DNA of 64,000 nt from an uncultured Bacilli bacterium (GTDB lineage: Bacteria; Bacillota_I; Bacilli_A; RF39; UBA660), in assembly GCA_934167885.1 (NCBI GenBank), contig CAKPMB010000003.1:30890-94889 (forward strand). Direction: 5' to 3'. The notes below the pieces were generated by a model. The model was not told the origin of the DNA and made no database searches. It saw only the letters and a program-made list of their open reading frames with translations. Positions 59,767 through 64,000 of this stretch are shown piece after piece; position 1 is the stretch's first letter; every line of letters starts with the position of its first letter. A program made the position numbers and the translations under genes.

Positions 59767-62253
59767 ATGGATAGAGATATTTTATACCAAAAGTTTTTAG
59801 AAGACCCAAAGTCCGTTCCGTCATATGAGTTAGCTAATATTTCTTCAAAATTTGAGTTTGATAAAACATTGTCAAGTGATAAGAAAAAAGAATTATTACC
59901 ATACTTTATTCCATATTTTGAAAGATTCCCTGATAAATTTATTCAACTAATAGATAGTGAAGAATATTATCTAGATTTAATAAAAAATAATAGCAAAAAT
60001 TACTTTAAATTATGCTTTGTTGATCATCCATATAAAGAATTAGAAGAACGTTTATTTTATGACTATGCGCCTTCATATGCAATTAATGATGAAGATTTAA
60101 AGATTCAATATGCTAAAAAGAGTAATATTGTTTTAAGAAATACTCTTAAAAAATATATGTGGGAATCACTTATCAATTTCTTTGATAAGGAAGCATTTGA
60201 TGAAGAAACGGCTGATTACATTATTGAAAACGATCGTTGGAATTTAGTATTATTTTATCATCAAACTAAGAGTATTTTATTTTCATATCCTAGTGCTTTA
60301 AAAAAATTAATAGAAAAAGATTTTCTTTCGCTAACTGAATTATATGATGATTATTTAAGTGAAGAGGTATGTGAATCTATTAATTTAACTAAAGAACAAT
60401 CTAAAAAATTATATGAGTATATTAAAGAAAGAAATTTTTATAAGCCTGTTAACTTATATGCCTTATTACTTAAAGATTATCCTGATGTTTTAGAAATTTT
60501 TAAGGGTGAACCTACAGATTATTTAATAAAATGTATTTTAAAAAATAACCTTCATTATAATGAAAAATGGCCAGTTTCCCTTTTAAATGATCAAAGAATT
60601 ATTAAAGATATAATCTTGCATTCTTCTATAGATTGTTTATTTAATAATAATATTTTACTAGATGATAATAATCTTGATTTATTAATTCAAAGTATTGAAA
60701 AACATAATTATAAAGTTAAGGTTATTAATAATCGTTATCTTTTAAATAATACGAAATTAATTAATTATTTAATGAACCATTATCATATAAATAGTAATTA
60801 CTTTAAGGTTGATAATTCTAAATTAATTTCTAATGTTGGTAGAAACTTAGAAAAATTACGAAAAGTATTTAGTGATAATGATCTTATGATAATTAAAAGA
60901 GAAATTGTTGATAATAATTACTTTCTTGATGTAGAAACTATTATAAATAGTATTAGCCCAAATACTTTTAAGTATATATATGATTCTTTATATAAAATGG
61001 AAAGTAGATTTTCTGAAAATAGTTTTAGTTTCTTCTTTTTTATTAAATTTTGTGAATATTTTGCAAATAATTCTAAATTATTAAAAGAGTTAGAAGAGCA
61101 TTTTGATGACATTGATGAAATATTGTTAAATAATTTATCACTTGCCTTAAATCATAATTCTTCGATTACATATCATGATCTTCAAAATTATGAATCATAC
61201 TATTATCAAAAGGTTATGCATGATGATTTAGATACCAAAGGGAAATTATTAAAATATATTTTTAATGCTAATGAACAACAAGCTATCTTTTTTAGAGAAA
61301 ATATAACGGATTTAGTAAGATTAACACGTCTTCAGTTAGAATTTCCTAAAGAAAGTTATAATTATAATTTTATTGATTTATATTTATCGTTAGTTCAATT
61401 ATTAGATGAAATTTTAGATGGCAAAATTGCTTCTTGTGATAATCTTCCAAACTTTAAGTTATATTCGCTATATTCCTTAGAAGTAATGCGTGAGAATATT
61501 TTACGTTTATATGGACTTTATTATTATAAGAAGAATCTCGATGAAGAAAAGTTAGCGTCCATTGGCAAAGTTCGCATTTTAAATGGTAGGAAAGTTTTGG
61601 ATATTACTGGTGAAGAGTTTTTGTTTTATATGCATTCAGAAAATTTTAATAGTCAATATGATTTTACTTATGAAGATGATAATGAAAGAGAATTTAAAAA
61701 GAAAAATTATATATGCACAACGGTAATCAATGAATTATCTTTCGATATCCTTGATAATGAAAAATTGATTATATATGATATGCCTAATCCTAATTCTTTA
61801 ATTTCTTTTGGCAATCGTGATGTTGCTATCTACCAAACTATGGCTCCCTTAATAACCGTAGGTAGCCCATATTATACAGATGCAGATGAAGCCTGCTTAA
61901 TATCGACTAATAAACTATATGCTAAGAATGAATTTGATTTTTTACGATTTGATAATCATAATAAACCGTTTGTTTCAAAATATTCACATGATGATTTATA
62001 CTTAGATAAAGAAAAACATGTTGAAATTTTAAATAACAAATACCTTACTTTATGTGAGAGAATAGAATCTTTAACTTATCATGATTTAAATAAATTAATC
62101 GTTATGTCTAAGGTTTTTGGAATAGATGAAGAAACTTTAGATAGATTACGAAAAAGAGTTTCAAAATTAACTGAAAAAGAACAAATGGTTTTACTAGATG
62201 CGCTTTCAAAATATGCGTTTGTAAGACCAAAAGAAGGCAATAAAAAGTTTTGA
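59767..62253 (+). CDS. Large cytoplasmic protein, unknown function
   Basis: 828 aa, AGGAG RBS, 11 nt after the NERD gene; no TM, no P-loop, no motif I recognise; predicted mostly helical from composition. Confidence 0.6.
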   Translation: MDRDILYQKFLEDPKSVPSYELANISSKFEFDKTLSSDKKKELLPYFIPYFERFPDKFIQLIDSEEYYLDLIKNNSKNYFKLCFVDHPYKELEERLFYDYAPSYAINDEDLKIQYAKKSNIVLRNTLKKYMWESLINFFDKEAFDEETADYIIENDRWNLVLFYHQTKSILFSYPSALKKLIEKDFLSLTELYDDYLSEEVCESINLTKEQSKKLYEYIKERNFYKPVNLYALLLKDYPDVLEIFKGEPTDYLIKCILKNNLHYNEKWPVSLLNDQRIIKDIILHSSIDCLFNNNILLDDNNLDLLIQSIEKHNYKVKVINNRYLLNNTKLINYLMNHYHINSNYFKVDNSKLISNVGRNLEKLRKVFSDNDLMIIKREIVDNNYFLDVETIINSISPNTFKYIYDSLYKMESRFSENSFSFFFFIKFCEYFANNSKLLKELEEHFDDIDEILLNNLSLALNHNSSITYHDLQNYESYYYQKVMHDDLDTKGKLLKYIFNANEQQAIFFRENITDLVRLTRLQLEFPKESYNYNFIDLYLSLVQLLDEILDGKIASCDNLPNFKLYSLYSLEVMRENILRLYGLYYYKKNLDEEKLASIGKVRILNGRKVLDITGEEFLFYMHSENFNSQYDFTYEDDNEREFKKKNYICTTVINELSFDILDNEKLIIYDMPNPNSLISFGNRDVAIYQTMAPLITVGSPYYTDADEACLISTNKLYAKNEFDFLRFDNHNKPFVSKYSHDDLYLDKEKHVEILNNKYLTLCERIESLTYHDLNKLIVMSKVFGIDEETLDRLRKRVSKLTEKEQMVLLDALSKYAFVRPKEGNKKF

Positions 62254-62264
62254 TATAAAAATAA

Positions 62265-62293
62265 TTGACAATGATATAAATAGTGCTTATAAT
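62265..62293 (+). promoter_or_regulatory. Consensus sigma-A promoter of the thrS leader
   Basis: TTGACA (62265-62270), 17-nt spacer, TATAAT (62288-62293). Confidence 0.8.
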
Positions 62294-62295
62294 AA

Positions 62296-62497
62296 ATCTC
62301 GTAAATATTTTGATTAGGACATGGTTTATATTTTGAGTATGAAGAGAGTTAGTGGTTGGTGTAAACTAATTATGATGGTATAAATTACTACCTATGAATT
62401 GGACTCGAAAGATGTTCCCGGGAAACCGTTATCTTGTTAATTAAGTTAAATAAAGGATGGTACCGTGCTTTGCACTCCTAGTATCATTCTTTTTTTG
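62296..62497 (+). promoter_or_regulatory. T-box riboswitch leader, threonine specifier (ACU)
   Basis: AG-bulge AGAGAGT (62343-62349). Specifier context AAAUUACUA with ACU at 62387-62389 followed by A. T-box sequence AAAGGATGGTACCGTG (62452-62467). Terminator arms AAGGATGGTAC (62453-62463) / GTATCATTCTT (62481-62491) followed by a U-run. Confidence 0.85.
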
Positions 62498-62508
62498 TTG
62501 GAGGTTTT

Positions 62509-62979
62509 GTGAATAGTATTGATTTAATTAAATTTTTAAGTAATTATTATGGAATATCATCTAAGGACTTAAAAATAAAAACATTAACACATTTTGATAT
62601 TAAAGAATTGTTTCCATATATTCAAAGAACGAGTTATGGGTATGTTGATAATCATATGAATGAAGTATATAAGGGTGAAATAATATTGGTTTATGATGCT
62701 AATAATGTTATTGTCCCTTATATTAATCCTCATTTACATATTGATTATTTACCAAATTCATATTGTGATGTGGATGATAATTTTTATGATATTACATCGC
62801 TTGATTTAAATAAGTTATCAAAAGATGAATTATTAAAGATTCGTAGAGTTTTAAAAAAATATCATCAAATCAAAGATGAAAGATGTGTTGTAGATGCTAT
62901 TCGTAATACCAAAAACAAAAAAGTGATGCGCTATAAAAGAGAACGAGAATTATTAAAAGGAGATGTTAGAAATGATTAA
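62509..62979 (+). CDS. Unknown 156-aa protein encoded between the T-box leader and thrS
   Basis: GTG start 4 nt after GGAGG (62500-62504); stop overlaps the thrS start (ATGATTAA); no family recognised. Confidence 0.6.
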   Translation: MNSIDLIKFLSNYYGISSKDLKIKTLTHFDIKELFPYIQRTSYGYVDNHMNEVYKGEIILVYDANNVIVPYINPHLHIDYLPNSYCDVDDNFYDITSLDLNKLSKDELLKIRRVLKKYHQIKDERCVVDAIRNTKNKKVMRYKRERELLKGDVRND

Positions 62980-64000
62980 TTTTAAAGAAGACAAAGAATT
63001 GAATGTATTAAATCATAGCTGTGCTCATTTACTAGCACAAGCCGTAAAACACTTGTATCCCAATGCTTTATTTTGGGTTGGCCCAGTTATTGAAAGTGGC
63101 TTTTACTATGATATTGATTTAGGTGATGTTGTTATTAAAGAAGAAGATTTACCTAAAATTGAAAAAGAAATGAAGAAAATTAGTAAGGATGGTAAAAAGA
63201 TTGTTCGTCATGAAATTACCAAAGAAGAAGCCTTAGAAATGTTTAAAAATGATCCATATAAGCTTGATTTAATTGAGAGAATGGATGAGAATGAAAATGT
63301 TATTAGTTGCTATACTCAAGGTGATTTCACTGATTTATGTCGTGGACCACATGTTGATTCAGTTAAAGAATTAAAGTATTTTCATCTACTAAAAGTATCA
63401 GGCGCTTATTGGAAAGGTGACTCTAAAAATAAGATGCTTCAACGAATCTATGGAGTATGTTTCAAAACTCAAGAAGATTTAGATGAATATGAACGTCTTC
63501 AAGAAGAGGCTAAAAGACGTGATCATAAGAAATTAGGTAAGGAATTAGATTTATTCATGATTAGTGAATATGGTCCTGGTTTTCCATTCTTCTTACCAAA
63601 CGGTATGATTTTACGAAATGAACTTGAAAACTTCTGGTATAAAGAACATGCAAAAGAGGGGTATGAATTTGTTAAGACACCAATAATGTTAAATAAAGAA
63701 TTATGGGAAGTTTCAGGCCATTGGTATAATTATCGTGAGAATATGTATACATCTTTAATTGATGAAAAAACTTTTGCTATTAAACCAATGAACTGCCCAG
63801 GTGGGATGTTAGTTTATAAGAATTCCCTACATTCATATAAAGATTTACCAATTCGTATGGGTGAATTAGGTCAAGTTCATCGTCATGAGGCAAGTGGAGC
63901 TTTAAATGGTTTATTTAGAGTTAGAACTTTTACGCAAGATGATGCTCATATCTTTATGAGAGAAGATCAAATTGAAGAGGAAATTGTTCGTTTAATTAAC
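62972..64000 (+). CDS. thrS: Threonyl-tRNA synthetase, 5' part (runs off window), lacking the N-terminal TGS domain
   Basis: Frame open to window end. MINFKEDKELNVLNHSCAHLLAQAVKHLYPNALFWVGPVIESGFYYDIDL.. starts directly at the editing-domain HxxxH region. RDHRKLGKELDLF and class II core follow. Confidence 0.93.
   Translation, partial: MINFKEDKELNVLNHSCAHLLAQAVKHLYPNALFWVGPVIESGFYYDIDLGDVVIKEEDLPKIEKEMKKISKDGKKIVRHEITKEEALEMFKNDPYKLDLIERMDENENVISCYTQGDFTDLCRGPHVDSVKELKYFHLLKVSGAYWKGDSKNKMLQRIYGVCFKTQEDLDEYERLQEEAKRRDHKKLGKELDLFMISEYGPGFPFFLPNGMILRNELENFWYKEHAKEGYEFVKTPIMLNKELWEVSGHWYNYRENMYTSLIDEKTFAIKPMNCPGGMLVYKNSLHSYKDLPIRMGELGQVHRHEASGALNGLFRVRTFTQDDAHIFMREDQIEEEIVRLIN

Overview
AT-rich, low-GC Firmicute-type chromosomal segment. 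It uses the standard bacterial code: TGA is a stop, Trp is TGG, and GGAGG-type RBSs are strong. I found no rRNA, CRISPR array, transposase or integrase.

- **1-12.1 kb:** the S10/spc/alpha ribosomal super-operon, from the 3' end of rplW through rplQ, including secY-adk-map-infA-rpmJ and rpoA. It is ordinary except that no rpmD lies between rpsE and rplO.
- **12.1-26 kb:** a 6xLysM protein, a CxxC membrane protein, two adjacent ImmA/IrrE-like HExxH paralogs and RNase J. Next is a compact 4-gene operon: an archaeal-type SAM-synthetase homolog, an amidohydrolase, a RimJ/L-type GNAT and an orphan class-II aaRS-like core. An XRE regulator, a catalytically degenerate ABC protein and a solitary tRNA-Ala(UGC) follow.
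- **26-34 kb:** an M23/SH3b lysin-like gene and a DUF5011-NodB deacetylase, then a tandem pair of ~850-aa membrane-anchored mosaic paralogs. A third copy lies at 51.7 kb. Each copy is preceded by the same ~200-nt leader, which carries four phased GTNTNAA heptamers, a G9 tract and a terminator-like hairpin. I consider this the most interesting system in the window.
- **34-51 kb:** an amino-acid ABC transporter, a Zn-ribbon/TPM/GT2 envelope operon, a CDF transporter, purB-purA, a small PARP-like protein and addB-addA.
- **54-64 kb:** rpmB, rsmE, a HipA-like protein, mtaB, a dCMP deaminase and a NERD-HRDC gene paired with an 828-aa unknown. The window ends with a threonine T-box leader driving an unknown ORF coupled to a thrS that lacks the TGS domain.

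All family assignments come from motif recognition by eye. None has been confirmed by a database search.
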